Positions 1 to 9,265 are shown, numbered from the stretch's first letter. The stretch is 64,000 nt of DNA from Alphaproteobacteria bacterium (GCA_013389115.1 JACADY010000066.1:17775-81774), one strand, 5' to 3'. Program-made: numbers and translations. Notes: generated from the sequence alone by a model not told the origin.

Positions 1-170
1 CACCGGCCTTCATGTGCCCGATGAAACCGGCGGCCTCTTCCAGTTCCGCACCGAATTTGCTGGCGGACATGCGTTCATGCCCTGGCAGGGCACCCCCATA
101 GACCTGACGACCTACTCTCTTAGGTCGTATCCCATCGTTTCTGCTTATTACCGGTTGTATTAAGTAGAGG

Positions 171-3100
171 TTACGAAGTGCTTAGCGTCACGCTGCGCCG
201 CGCGGCCGTGCCACGGCCGTGAAGCTCGCTCAGTTGCGCGATGTTGAGGCTGAGCGTTGTGAAACCGGTCGTGCCAAAATCCTCAAGCTGCTGGTCAGCG
301 GTATAGAGGATCGTGGGGCTGTCGGCCGACACTGTGCGCTTGACGGCGCTGCCATCCAGAATATCGATCTCATAGCGCTCCAGAGTCTCGCCGAGCGGGA
401 CCTCGCTCACCTCCCAATTGTCGCCGCCAATGCGCGTGCGCCTGATCCAGGTGATGCGGATGTCTCCCGTCGCCCTATCGCGCGCGGCCCTTACATGCAC
501 TGGGCTCAAGGGGCGCAGGCCCAGCCCCGACAATGCAAGCTCCCTGCTTGTGAAGGCGGGATCGGAGACGGCGAGCGGCCCTGGTCCATAGCGCCAGAGG
601 AAGGCGCGGTGGAGATCATCGAGCGCGATCCTCAGCGGCAAGACCGCTTCGTTCAGCAGCACGAAACGAGCGCCCGCGCCAAGCTCCGGCTGCATCTCCG
701 GCTCGCTGCCCGCGCAGCCGCGCAAGAGCCCGGAGAGGCGCCAGGTGCGCTCGCCCACCAGCGTCGCATCGCGGAACTGGATGATCTCCCAGGTACCCGC
801 ATCGTTGCGCAAGGCGGCAGCGTTGAGGCCGGAGAGGACATCGATCGGCTCTCGCGATTGCAGCGTGCCGCCATAGAGCCTCACCTCCACCCTATTCGCT
901 TCGTCCCAGCCCTGGGTAGGGCCGGCGGAAAGCGGGGTCAAGGTTTCGCCCATCACGGCGGAGGCGCCGAGCCGGCCCATGAGCGTGAGCGATGAGCCCG
1001 TCACGCCGCGATAGAGCGCAACCGTTCCAGGCCAGGGCTTGGCGAAGGCCGCGATAAAGGGCTCGTGCGCGGCCTCGGCACTCTCAAAAAACGGCAGGTC
1101 GAGGAATTCGAGCAGCACCTCGCCGTAAAAGGGCGCAAGCGCAGCGGGAAGGCCACGCGGCGGCCCCAGGGTGATCTCATAAAGGCTCTCATCCGTCGCG
1201 GTCGCCTTGATGCTGCGCGCGCCCGCATCGGTGATGGCGTCGATCCGGACCTCGATCGTGCGGGTGGGCAGCGAGAGGGTGAGGACATCGCCTGGATCGA
1301 GCGCCAGCGCGGAAGGCGGCAGGGCGAACGCGACCGTCTCGCGCGCGGCCCAGGCCTCTTGCAGCCAGATATCGGCAAGGCCCTGCGCGAGAGAGGATTC
1401 CATCGCGACGGCGAGCGAAGCCTCCGCCACACGCGTCGCGGCGCCCGCCTGGCGGCGTGCCTCAACGGCCGCCTTGCGGAAGTCGGACAAGGATTCGATG
1501 AAGGTAAGCTTGGCGATGAGCGGCAGGTCCGCTTCCTGCGCGCGCGTGATCGTGTATGTCTCGCCGTTTTCCTGTGCCTCGATGAAGCCGTCCGGCTTGA
1601 GCAGCGCAAGGCTCGCAGTTCCGCGCGGTCGGAATTTCAGCATGCCTTGCGTCTCCACGGCGTCAAAGCGAAAGGCGAGCATCAAAGGCTCGATCGCATC
1701 GCGCGGCGCCATGATGCGGTCAAGCACATAGCCATCGACATGCGCGCTCAAGGCCGAGACATCAAACGCATCAAGGCGTATCGCGGCGCAGAGTTCGGCG
1801 ATGATGTCGCCTACCGCGACCCTTCCTGCCCGCCCGGTGAGCCAATGGCCAAGCTGCCACTGCGCGGCGTCGCGCCAGACCTCATCGCGCAGCGGAAAAT
1901 CGGGAAAGGGCCGCGCATCCCAGCACCAGACATGGATGCGGTGCGTGTCGATCATCGGTCCGCCGTAAAGGTTCGATACGGGATTGCGGCCCTCCTCACT
2001 CCAATACCCAAGAAGCGCTTCGAGGAAACGGCGCTGAATGAGGTCATCGCGCCTTCCGTTCGAGAAATACGGCAGGCGGCTTTCGGAGGATTTGGGATCG
2101 TAGAAGACGCTCGGCTCGTTGCTGCCCTTGTCGATGGCCGGACAGCCCGTTTCCATAAACCAGATGGGCTTTGCCTGCGGCACGAAGGGCGTCGGCACGG
2201 CCGCGCGCACACCGCCAAGGCGTGGATGATGCGCCTTGCTCCACCAATTGCGCAGGTCCTTCTGGCGGTAGATCCAGGGCTCGCCATAGTCGCCGTCGGT
2301 GATGGGTGTGCGCGCCTCGCTGATCCGGGCCGCTTCGTCGGCATAGTACCAGTCATAGGCTTCGCCCGCCTCGATATTCGCCTTCAGATAGGCGGTATCG
2401 GCCGGGGATGCGGCGAGCGCGGCGTCGCGATGGCTCCAGCCATCACGCCAGTCGGAGAGCGGCGCATAGAAATCGATGCCGAGAAAATCGATATTCGCAT
2501 CGGCCCAGAGCGTATCGAGGGGGAAGTAAACATCGCCCGAGCCGTCCTGCGGCACATAGCTGCCATACTCGGTCCAGTCCGCCGCATAGCCGAGCTTGAC
2601 CGCGCCCCCTAAGATCGCGCGCACATCGCCTGCCAGGCTTTGCAGCGCCTCCACCGCGGGAAAGTCATTGGCGGCTCCGCGCACCGTGGTGAGCGCCTTC
2701 AACTCGCTGCCGAGGAGAAAGGCATCGACGCCGCCCGCCACGGCGCACAGATGCGCATAATGGAGCACGAAGCGGCGATAGCTCCATTCCTCCGCCCCCG
2801 CATACTGCACCGTGCCGGATCCGACCGCGAATGCCGTGCGCGCGGCAGTGCCGAAGAAGGCCTCCACCTGCGCTGTTGCCTGCGCCGTCGCGTCGGGCGT
2901 GCCAGCGACGCCTGGTGCGGGGTCAATCGTGATGCGACCGCGCCAGGGAAAGGCAGGCTGGAAGCTCCCTTCCGCGTAGGGGCTCGGCCGCGCATTCCCC
3001 TCTGGAATATCCATGAGGATGAAGGGGCAGAAGACAACACTGTAGCCGCGCGCCTTTAGCTCCCCGATCGCCTGGATGATGCTGTCATCCGACGGCGTGC

Positions 3101-4136
3101 CGCCGAGGAGCGGACCGTCCTCGTCGCTCGAAACGATGAGGGCGGCCTGGCGGGCGATGCCATCGACGCGCCAGCTCTGCGGCGAGGTCGTCTTGTCGTG
3201 GCGCTCGACCTTCGGCCTCAGGCTGCATACGCCGCAGCGCAAATCATCGCCGAACCAGGCGACAATGAGCATGACAGAGCGGCAGGCGGGAAGCTGGGCC
3301 GCCAACTGGTCCAGCGACTGGACGAGATTGGGCAGGCCTGCGCCGTTCTGGACATTCTCCGCCTCTGTCTCGCCGGGCCCTGTTTTTCGGGCGACCCGGT
3401 CGGTCGCATAGGCGAATTCGCCCGAGCCCGGGATCAGCGCGACGCCTTCGATGCGCGAGGCCATGCCCTCGCCCGTCACCGCCGGGTGGCGGAAGACCTC
3501 GAAGTTGAGCTGGGGAACGCGATTGCCGAACTCCTCAAGAGGCAAATCCTCAAAGACGATATAGGCAAGGCCGCGATAGGCAGGCGCCTGCGCCTCGCCC
3601 TCGATCGCCTCGATGAGCGCATCGGGAAGCTGGTCCTCCGTACCCTGATATATTCTATAGGTGTACCTGGACAGGTCGATCGGTTTGCCGTCCGCCCAGA
3701 CGAGCCCGATGCCGCCGATGACGCCTTCGCAAAGCCCGACGGCGAAACTCGCATAGTAGAAATGTTCGGTGACACTGGCGCCGCCGGTACTGGCGCCGCC
3801 GCCCTTGCCGCCCGATGATGGCTGCGAAGTCTTTGCGACCTCCTTGAAGTTTGCGGCCCAGATCACCTGGCCTGCAAGCCGCGCGCGGCCGAAAACGCGC
3901 TGGATGGGCGCGCCCTCCGCCGATGTCTGCAATTGCAGCTCCTGAAGGCGCGGCCCCTCGATGTGGCGGGCGGGCGCGGAGGGCCAGAGCAGCCGGTCGA
4001 CTTCGCCGCCAATGAAGGAGCCGACGGCACCGCCGATGGCCTGGCCGCTGAGCGTCTGCCCCAAAACGGTGAGGCCGGCAGGCAGCAGGTAATTGCCGAG
4101 CGCGGCGCCGGCCGCGGTCAGGATCAAGGTCGCCAT
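171..4136 (-). CDS. GTA distal tail / host-specificity protein, RcGTA g15-like (1321 aa)
   Basis: Single 1321-aa ORF closing the head-tail string. Gly/Ala-rich hydrophobic N-terminus (MATLILTAAGAALGNYLL...). Size and terminal position match g15-type proteins. Starts 2 nt after the g14-like stop. Confidence 0.85.
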   Translation of the reverse strand: MATLILTAAGAALGNYLLPAGLTVLGQTLSGQAIGGAVGSFIGGEVDRLLWPSAPARHIEGPRLQELQLQTSAEGAPIQRVFGRARLAGQVIWAANFKEVAKTSQPSSGGKGGGASTGGASVTEHFYYASFAVGLCEGVIGGIGLVWADGKPIDLSRYTYRIYQGTEDQLPDALIEAIEGEAQAPAYRGLAYIVFEDLPLEEFGNRVPQLNFEVFRHPAVTGEGMASRIEGVALIPGSGEFAYATDRVARKTGPGETEAENVQNGAGLPNLVQSLDQLAAQLPACRSVMLIVAWFGDDLRCGVCSLRPKVERHDKTTSPQSWRVDGIARQAALIVSSDEDGPLLGGTPSDDSIIQAIGELKARGYSVVFCPFILMDIPEGNARPSPYAEGSFQPAFPWRGRITIDPAPGVAGTPDATAQATAQVEAFFGTAARTAFAVGSGTVQYAGAEEWSYRRFVLHYAHLCAVAGGVDAFLLGSELKALTTVRGAANDFPAVEALQSLAGDVRAILGGAVKLGYAADWTEYGSYVPQDGSGDVYFPLDTLWADANIDFLGIDFYAPLSDWRDGWSHRDAALAASPADTAYLKANIEAGEAYDWYYADEAARISEARTPITDGDYGEPWIYRQKDLRNWWSKAHHPRLGGVRAAVPTPFVPQAKPIWFMETGCPAIDKGSNEPSVFYDPKSSESRLPYFSNGRRDDLIQRRFLEALLGYWSEEGRNPVSNLYGGPMIDTHRIHVWCWDARPFPDFPLRDEVWRDAAQWQLGHWLTGRAGRVAVGDIIAELCAAIRLDAFDVSALSAHVDGYVLDRIMAPRDAIEPLMLAFRFDAVETQGMLKFRPRGTASLALLKPDGFIEAQENGETYTITRAQEADLPLIAKLTFIESLSDFRKAAVEARRQAGAATRVAEASLAVAMESSLAQGLADIWLQEAWAARETVAFALPPSALALDPGDVLTLSLPTRTIEVRIDAITDAGARSIKATATDESLYEITLGPPRGLPAALAPFYGEVLLEFLDLPFFESAEAAHEPFIAAFAKPWPGTVALYRGVTGSSLTLMGRLGASAVMGETLTPLSAGPTQGWDEANRVEVRLYGGTLQSREPIDVLSGLNAAALRNDAGTWEIIQFRDATLVGERTWRLSGLLRGCAGSEPEMQPELGAGARFVLLNEAVLPLRIALDDLHRAFLWRYGPGPLAVSDPAFTSRELALSGLGLRPLSPVHVRAARDRATGDIRITWIRRTRIGGDNWEVSEVPLGETLERYEIDILDGSAVKRTVSADSPTILYTADQQLEDFGTTGFTTLSLNIAQLSELHGRGTAARRSVTLSTS

Positions 4137-4138
4137 CG

Positions 4139-4573
4139 CTATTCACTCACCTCGGGAAAGGCAAAGGCAAAGGCCACGCGCCGGCGCCACCAGTGCGAGA
4201 GCGCCGTCTCCATAACCGCGTGGCCGGCATAGGCATGGATCATCCTTCCAGGTGCGGTGAGAATGGCGGCGTGCTTGGCCGGGCCATTCATCCGCATACG
4301 GAAGAGGATGACATCGCCCATGATCGCACCGCCTGGTTCGATCGGAACGAGGTGACGGCGGGCGGCGTCGCGCAGCAATTCCCTGCCCCCGAACTCGGCC
4401 CAATCGGCCGAGTAGGCGGGCGGACGCTCGGGCTCGCCCTGCAGGAGCGCGCGATAGACGCCGCGCACGAGGCCGAGGCAGTCGGTGCCGAGGCCCTTCG
4501 CGCTTGCCTGATGCACATAAGGTGTGCCGAGCCAGCTTCGCGCCTCGGCGACGATTTCATCGCGGGTGATCAT
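4139..4573 (-). CDS. NlpC/P60-family cell-wall peptidase, RcGTA g14-like
   Basis: 144 aa with Cys-nucleophile context GTDCLGLVRGVY and downstream His residues (KHAAIL, IHAYAGH). 4-nt overlap with the upstream DUF2163 gene. Confidence 0.85.
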   Translation of the reverse strand: MITRDEIVAEARSWLGTPYVHQASAKGLGTDCLGLVRGVYRALLQGEPERPPAYSADWAEFGGRELLRDAARRHLVPIEPGGAIMGDVILFRMRMNGPAKHAAILTAPGRMIHAYAGHAVMETALSHWWRRRVAFAFAFPEVSE

Positions 4574-5460
4574 CTGTTGCGGCTTGCCCCGTCATTGCCG
4601 TCGCCCTTTGACGGGAAGGTGATGACCCAGTCCGTGCCGGGCATGTGCGGACAACCACGGAAGTTGAGACGGTTGGCGAACTTGTCACGACAGGTTGCGA
4701 ATTGCTTGTCGCAGCCCGCCACCAGCTTGAAGCCATCGCCCGTAGCGACCGGATCGGGCATCGCCTGCCACAGTTCCAGCGTCACGGCATCGCCGTTCTT
4801 CGTGTGGCGCTTCACCTCGCCGATGCGGCCGGCATTCGCACCCGTTTGCCAGGCAATCCGTCCGCGTGCGAACCAATCGGGCGCAAAGCCTCCAAGGCCG
4901 TTCACCGAAAAGATGCGCCGGCTCACCTGTGTCTCAACCGTGCCAGCGGCACTGAAGGCGGGCGCATCCGTGTCGACCTTGCACCGCGCATCGCCCAGCT
5001 CGGCATCGCAGCCATATTGATAGAGCCGGCCCACCGCCTGGTTGAGACGATGCGCAAGGCCGCGCAATTCCGCCGTGAAGCCCGTGGGGCCGTGCCTCAC
5101 CTCGCCCAACGTCGCCTTGCGCAGGAGCAGGCGCTCATCCACGTTGCGCCAATTCACGCGGTAGATTTCAACGCTCGCCTCGTCATAGAGGCCGGCGGCG
5201 AGATCCTGGGCGCCGAGCCCCGAAGCGCAAAGCGCGCCCGCCACATCCTGATTGTCGATGCTGAGGCCGAGCCCTGACTCCATCGCCGTCGCCGTGAAGC
5301 CGCTTGCCGCCTCAAAGACGAGGCCGTCAATGGCGAGCGGCTGGTCATGATCGGTGAAGCCCATCAACACGCCATCCTTGCGCGTCAGCTTCCAGCAATG
5401 GCAGAGCGTCGTTGCGCCGCTCTCAAGATGCGCCTTCAGACCTTCGGGAATGTGCTTCAT
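4570..5460 (-). CDS. DUF2163 / phage BR0599-like baseplate hub protein, RcGTA g13-like
   Basis: 296 aa. N-terminus MKHIPEGLKAHLESGATTLCHCWKLTRKDG... is typical of g13 homologues. 4-nt overlaps on both sides. Confidence 0.85.
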   Translation of the reverse strand: MKHIPEGLKAHLESGATTLCHCWKLTRKDGVLMGFTDHDQPLAIDGLVFEAASGFTATAMESGLGLSIDNQDVAGALCASGLGAQDLAAGLYDEASVEIYRVNWRNVDERLLLRKATLGEVRHGPTGFTAELRGLAHRLNQAVGRLYQYGCDAELGDARCKVDTDAPAFSAAGTVETQVSRRIFSVNGLGGFAPDWFARGRIAWQTGANAGRIGEVKRHTKNGDAVTLELWQAMPDPVATGDGFKLVAGCDKQFATCRDKFANRLNFRGCPHMPGTDWVITFPSKGDGNDGASRNR

Positions 5461-6092
5461 GGCAGGCGCAGCTCGATGATGGGGATGGACGGGATCTCGC
5501 CCGCGCCAAAGGCGGCGAGATCGATCTCAAGCAGGTCGGTGTCGAAACGCACCGGCACATCGAATTCAAAACCCGCCGTTACGGGCACGCCTTCGCTTGG
5601 CGGGACCGCGAAGGTGATGAGGCCCGAGGCGGGGTCGAGCGTGAAGTCGATGCCCTCCATCGCCTCTTCAGGCCCACGCGCGACACGCACGCTACCCGCC
5701 ACGGGCTTGCTGATCCGGCGCGCATAGGTGACAGGGCCCGAGACATAGGTCTTCACGAGCTGAAATTCCCGCACCGCGCCATCGCCCACGCCCAGCGCGC
5801 AGTCAATGGGCGTTATGGCGGCACGCGGCGGACAGGATTTCCAGTCGGCAGCGTCCTTCCACCGAAAACCGTTGAGGCGGCCCTGGCGCGCCTCGAAGAA
5901 GGCGATCACGGCGTGGACGTCATCGAGCGAGCGCAAGGCATAGCCCGCGTTGTAGCGGCGGCGGGAATCGCGCCAAAGCGCGTTGCGCTCCTAATAACCA
6001 GAGGAAAGCGTAACGATCTCGGTGCGCCGCTCCGGCCCGCCCGTCGCGCCGAAGGCGATGGCGGAGGGGAAACGGATTTCGTGAAAGGCCAT
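5457..6092 (-). pseudogene. DUF2460 distal-tail protein, RcGTA g12-like, interrupted by an in-frame TAG at 5991-5993
   Basis: Reading from ATG 6092 gives MAFHEIRFPSAIAFGATGGPERRTEIVTLSSGY*ERNALWRDSRRRYNAGYALRSLDD..., continuous with track ORF 5457-5936 in the same frame. The stop replaces the Glu of the conserved SSGYE(Q/E)RN motif (GAG to TAG). High GC3 is kept on both sides. Confidence 0.8.
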
Positions 6093-6096
6093 GGGA

Positions 6097-6660
6097 TCAA
6101 AGGTTCCGGCTGCCGCGCGAGAGGGCGCGCGACATCATCGCGGCCACTTGCGATTCCGAGCGCAGGAAGCTCTCGGCGTTGTTCGTGCGGATGTTCATGA
6201 CGATGGGGGTGCGCGATGCGCCTGCGCCGCCACCCGGCACGATCGCGCCATGGCCGCTCGGCATGAACAATTCCGGTCCGCGCTCGCCAACCCAATAGGC
6301 CGTACCGGGAGAAACGGGACCGCCCAGGGCGCGGCCGCCGCCAAAGCTGAACAGCGCGCCGAAGATGCCATCGAGAAAATTGCCAAGCGGCTTCGTCACC
6401 AGATTTTCAACCGCGATGCGCGTCAGATCGGCGAGGATGGAATCGACGAGGCCGGAGAAACTGAACTTGCCCTTTAGGATCGCGTTCTCAAGCGCGCTCG
6501 TAAAATTGCCGAAAGTGGCGGTGAACGCCTCGTCCATCAGCCGGGCTGCCTCAAGCGCAGGCTCGCCAAGGGCGGCCAGCGCATCCGATGCGGCCGCAAG
6601 CCCCTTCGTCAGCGGGGAAAGATCGGCGCCGATCGCGATATTCAGGCCTTCGATGTTCAC
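6097..6660 (-). CDS. Short tail tape-measure protein, RcGTA g11-like
   Basis: 187 aa with GTG start overlapping the upstream stop (GTGA). Ala/Leu-rich helical N-half and Gly-rich C-half. Sits between the chaperones and DUF2460. Confidence 0.75.
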   Translation of the reverse strand: MNIEGLNIAIGADLSPLTKGLAAASDALAALGEPALEAARLMDEAFTATFGNFTSALENAILKGKFSFSGLVDSILADLTRIAVENLVTKPLGNFLDGIFGALFSFGGGRALGGPVSPGTAYWVGERGPELFMPSGHGAIVPGGGAGASRTPIVMNIRTNNAESFLRSESQVAAMMSRALSRGSRNL

Positions 6661-6875
6661 GGTTTCTGCTCCTCTTTGTCGGGAAAGCGGCGCATGAGTT
6701 CCTCAAGCTCGGGACGTGTCAGGGGCGATTTTGCGCGCTGGCCGTGACGCTCAAGAAAGCCGTCATGGCAGGCGGTCCATTCCGCGAGGCTCATGCGCCA
6801 GAACTCGCCGGGCGAGAGCCCCATGAGGCCAAGGCCCACCTCCATCCAGCGCCGCCAGGGAATGCCCTCGCCCAT
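6657..6875 (-). CDS. Tail assembly chaperone-like small protein, RcGTA g10.1 / rcc01693-family-like
   Basis: MGEGIPWRRWMEVGLGLMGLSPGEFWRMSLAEW... ATG at 6875 lies 2 nt after the g10-like stop, in the -1 frame relative to g10. The track uses TTG 6881. Confidence 0.75.
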   Translation of the reverse strand: MGEGIPWRRWMEVGLGLMGLSPGEFWRMSLAEWTACHDGFLERHGQRAKSPLTRPELEELMRRFPDKEEQKP

Positions 6876-6877
6876 GC

Positions 6878-7213
6878 TCAAGGCTTTGCCTGCTTTTGCG
6901 CGGCGGCTAGGCCGGCGGCGGCGAAGGTGGCGGCGATCGCCGTTGCGGCCGCCTCCAAATCCAGCGGCATACGCGCGATCTCCTCATCCCTCATCTCGGC
7001 GCCGCCGCCGCGCAGCAAGGCACCAAGAACGACGAGGAGGTCGCGCGCGCTGGGCTGCGAAAGGCGCTGATGCAAGGCGGCAAGGCCCTGCGCGCCGAGC
7101 CCCGCCTCGATCTCTGCAAGCGCCCCCAAGGTGAGGCACAGGCGGTGTGCCGCGCCGTTCAGTTCAAGCGCGACTTCGCCTCTTGCGGCGTTGACCATCG
7201 CTTCCTCCCTCAC
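6878..7213 (-). CDS. GTA tail assembly chaperone, RcGTA g10-like
   Basis: 111 aa, ...GEVALELNGAAHRLCLTLGALAEIEAGLG... typical of the 'gene transfer agent family protein'. 4-nt overlap with the major tail gene. Confidence 0.8.
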   Translation of the reverse strand: MREEAMVNAARGEVALELNGAAHRLCLTLGALAEIEAGLGAQGLAALHQRLSQPSARDLLVVLGALLRGGGAEMRDEEIARMPLDLEAAATAIAATFAAAGLAAAQKQAKP

Positions 7214-7623
7214 GCGGCCGTAAAGGCGAGCGGCCCCGTCGAGGCCAGGGTCAGGGAAAGGGTGAGCTCTCCATCATGCGCGCCGCCATATTCAAGCGCC
7301 GTGATCAGGAACGGGCCCTGCAGCGTGCCGAAATCCGGGATCACGATCTGATAGTTGCGCGCGCTCTGCTGAAAGAAGGCGAGGCGCATTTCAGCATCCG
7401 CCGCGTCATCCTTGAACACGCCCGCGCCCGAAATGGCGGCCGATTTGATGCCGGCCTCCGGCAAGGCCTCGCGCCAGCCATCGAGGCTGTCCTGGTTCGT
7501 CACATCGACGAGCGTGGCATTGAGCGTGATGCTGCGCGTGCGCAAGCCGCCGATGGCGGTGAAACTCTCCGGATCGCCTGCGCCGATCCTGATGAGGCAG
7601 GCCCTTGCCTTCTTGATCGTCAT
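7210..7623 (-). CDS. Major tail protein (TP901-1-like), RcGTA g9-like
   Basis: 137 aa. Position and sequence character (MTIKKARACLIRIGAGDPESFTAIGGLRTRSITLNATLVDVTNQDS...) match GTA major tail proteins. Confidence 0.85.
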   Translation of the reverse strand: MTIKKARACLIRIGAGDPESFTAIGGLRTRSITLNATLVDVTNQDSLDGWREALPEAGIKSAAISGAGVFKDDAADAEMRLAFFQQSARNYQIVIPDFGTLQGPFLITALEYGGAHDGELTLSLTLASTGPLAFTAA

Positions 7624-7646
7624 ATCCTTGCTCCCTTGTCCTTAGA

Positions 7647-8060
7647 TCATGGGTTGCGCTCGATGAGCGCGCGGTATCGGGCAAGGCCGTGATAGGTCTC
7701 GCCATCGCTTTCAAGGAGCGCGTCGCTCCATTGAAAGGTGAGGTTCGCGAGGCGCTGCCCCTCCATGGGGAGGGTTGCGCCTTCCATCAGTGCGCGGAGC
7801 ACCGAAAGGATCTCGCGCGCCTCGCGGCGCCCGCCGCCGCGCGACCACAGGTGAAGGGTGATGAGGATTTCGCTTGCCTCCGTCGCGCCGGCGCCTGCCT
7901 CGCGCTCCTGCATCTCGCCCAGCGTCAGATAGGGGAAGCGCGCGCCCGCGGGCACATCGTCATAGATGCGCGGGGGATCGCCCAGCGCCGCCTGCAGCGC
8001 CGGCGCGGCGCTCAGCGCGGCATAGAGCGCCTTTTGCAGGCCCCAGCTTGCATGGCTCAT
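7647..8060 (-). CDS. DUF3168 tail terminator / tail completion protein, RcGTA g8-like
   Basis: 137 aa, LQKALYAALSAAPALQAALGDPPRIYDDVPAGARFPYLTLGE... typical DUF3168 N-terminus. Confidence 0.8.
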   Translation of the reverse strand: MSHASWGLQKALYAALSAAPALQAALGDPPRIYDDVPAGARFPYLTLGEMQEREAGAGATEASEILITLHLWSRGGGRREAREILSVLRALMEGATLPMEGQRLANLTFQWSDALLESDGETYHGLARYRALIERNP

Positions 8061-8356
8061 GGCAGTTTCCCTTCAAGGCTTTGGCGCAGCGCGGCGGCAA
8101 GCGTGTCGCGGATCGCGCCTTCCTGTGCCGCCAGCACGGCTTCGACCGCGCCCAGATGGGCGCTCATCGAAGCGGGGAGCGAAAGCGTGAGGCCTTCTTC
8201 TTCCTCTTCGAGGGTGAGGTGCGCGGCCAGACCACGGCCCAGCGATGCGGCAAGACCCTCGCGCAGGCGCAAGGCGATGCCGGGCCAGGCCCTGGCTACG
8301 GCGCGCTTGCAGGCTTCCTCAACGGCGCGCAGCGCGGGATCGGCCGGCGCCCTCAT
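8057..8356 (-). CDS. Hypothetical 99-aa protein inserted between the g7-like and g8-like genes
   Basis: ORF joined by ATGA overlaps at both ends (8353-8356 and 8057-8060). Ala/Leu/Glu-rich. No family recognised by eye. Confidence 0.55.
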   Translation of the reverse strand: MRAPADPALRAVEEACKRAVARAWPGIALRLREGLAASLGRGLAAHLTLEEEEEGLTLSLPASMSAHLGAVEAVLAAQEGAIRDTLAAALRQSLEGKLP

Positions 8357-8673
8357 GAGGGCTCGCCCTGCATGGCGGTGATGCGCTGATAGCCGCTTTG
8401 CGGCACATCCTCGCGCACGGCCAGGATCGCGAAGATCCGCTCGCCAAGGCGAAGGCGATGGGCGGGCGTCACCTCCGCCTCGATGCGCATGGTGATCTCA
8501 TAGCGGGTGCGCGGCTCGCGCCCCTCGCCGGAGGAGACTTCCTCTCCGCCGAGCGCGTCGATCTCGGCCCAGAAGGTTGCGACCGGCATCCAGGTTTCGA
8601 TGACGCCGCCGCCTTCGTCCGCGACGCTCTCCTTGCTCTCGATCGTCACGCGGTGGCGCATGGGGCCGATCAT
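8353..8673 (-). CDS. Head closure / head-tail adaptor (SPP1 gp16-like), RcGTA g7-like
   Basis: 106 aa, MRHRVTIESKESVADEGGGVIETWMPVATFWAEI... matches the head-tail adaptor family. Confidence 0.85.
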   Translation of the reverse strand: MIGPMRHRVTIESKESVADEGGGVIETWMPVATFWAEIDALGGEEVSSGEGREPRTRYEITMRIEAEVTPAHRLRLGERIFAILAVREDVPQSGYQRITAMQGEPS

Positions 8674-9239
8674 GCGAGACGCCTTGCGCGGAAAGGATCG
8701 ATGAGCGCGGCGATGGCTCTTCCGGTTTCGGCGCTGATGCCGCCCTCTCCACGGTTTTCGTAGAAGGCGGCGATGAGGAGCTGGATCGCCTGGCGCAGCG
8801 GCTCTGGCACATGCTGCGCCGTATCGCCATAGCCGGCGCTGAATTCAAGCCTCAAGCCAAGCGCGGGCCGCAACGCGGATGAGAGGTAAGGCTCTAAGAG
8901 CACGACGCGCCCCGGATCGGAGGCGGTATCGACCCAGAACTCGCCCAGCGCCATCGCGATCTCCGCGCCATCGGCACCGACATGGGTTGCGCTTAAAAGC
9001 GCGCGCAAGGGCGGGCGCGGCATGCGGATGGGCGCCTCCGGCCAGTGGTCGAGCGTCAGGCGCCAGGACTGTGTCATCAGCGCGCGGCCCGTCATCTCCT
9101 CAACCGTGCGGCGCGCGGCGGTGATGAGGCCGGCGATGAGCGCGTCATCGGCATCCGTCGCGACACGCAGGAAGGATTTCGCCTCTGCCAGCGTCAGTGG
9201 CTCTGCGGCAGGCGCCGTCAGCAATGCAAGCCCGCTCAT
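8670..9239 (-). CDS. Head-tail connector (phage gp6-like), RcGTA g6-like
   Basis: 189 aa, LTLAEAKSFLRVATDADDALIAGLITAARRTVEEMTGRAL... classic gp6-like DNA-packaging/connector motif. Confidence 0.85.
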   Translation of the reverse strand: MSGLALLTAPAAEPLTLAEAKSFLRVATDADDALIAGLITAARRTVEEMTGRALMTQSWRLTLDHWPEAPIRMPRPPLRALLSATHVGADGAEIAMALGEFWVDTASDPGRVVLLEPYLSSALRPALGLRLEFSAGYGDTAQHVPEPLRQAIQLLIAAFYENRGEGGISAETGRAIAALIDPFRARRLA

Positions 9240-9265
9240 GGGGTCTCAGTTATCCTTTCGTCCGT

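Noticed and set aside
1-70. Possible 5' end of a minus-strand gene (ATG at 70: MSASKFGAELEEAAGFIGHMKAG...) running off the window, downstream of the g15-like gene.
   Set aside because: Only 23 codons are visible and no family is recognisable. That is too little to call a CDS. The 100-bp spacer 71-170 contains hairpins GCCCTG-g-CAGGGC and ACGACCTA-ctctct-TAGGTCGT, but neither has a U-run on the minus strand.
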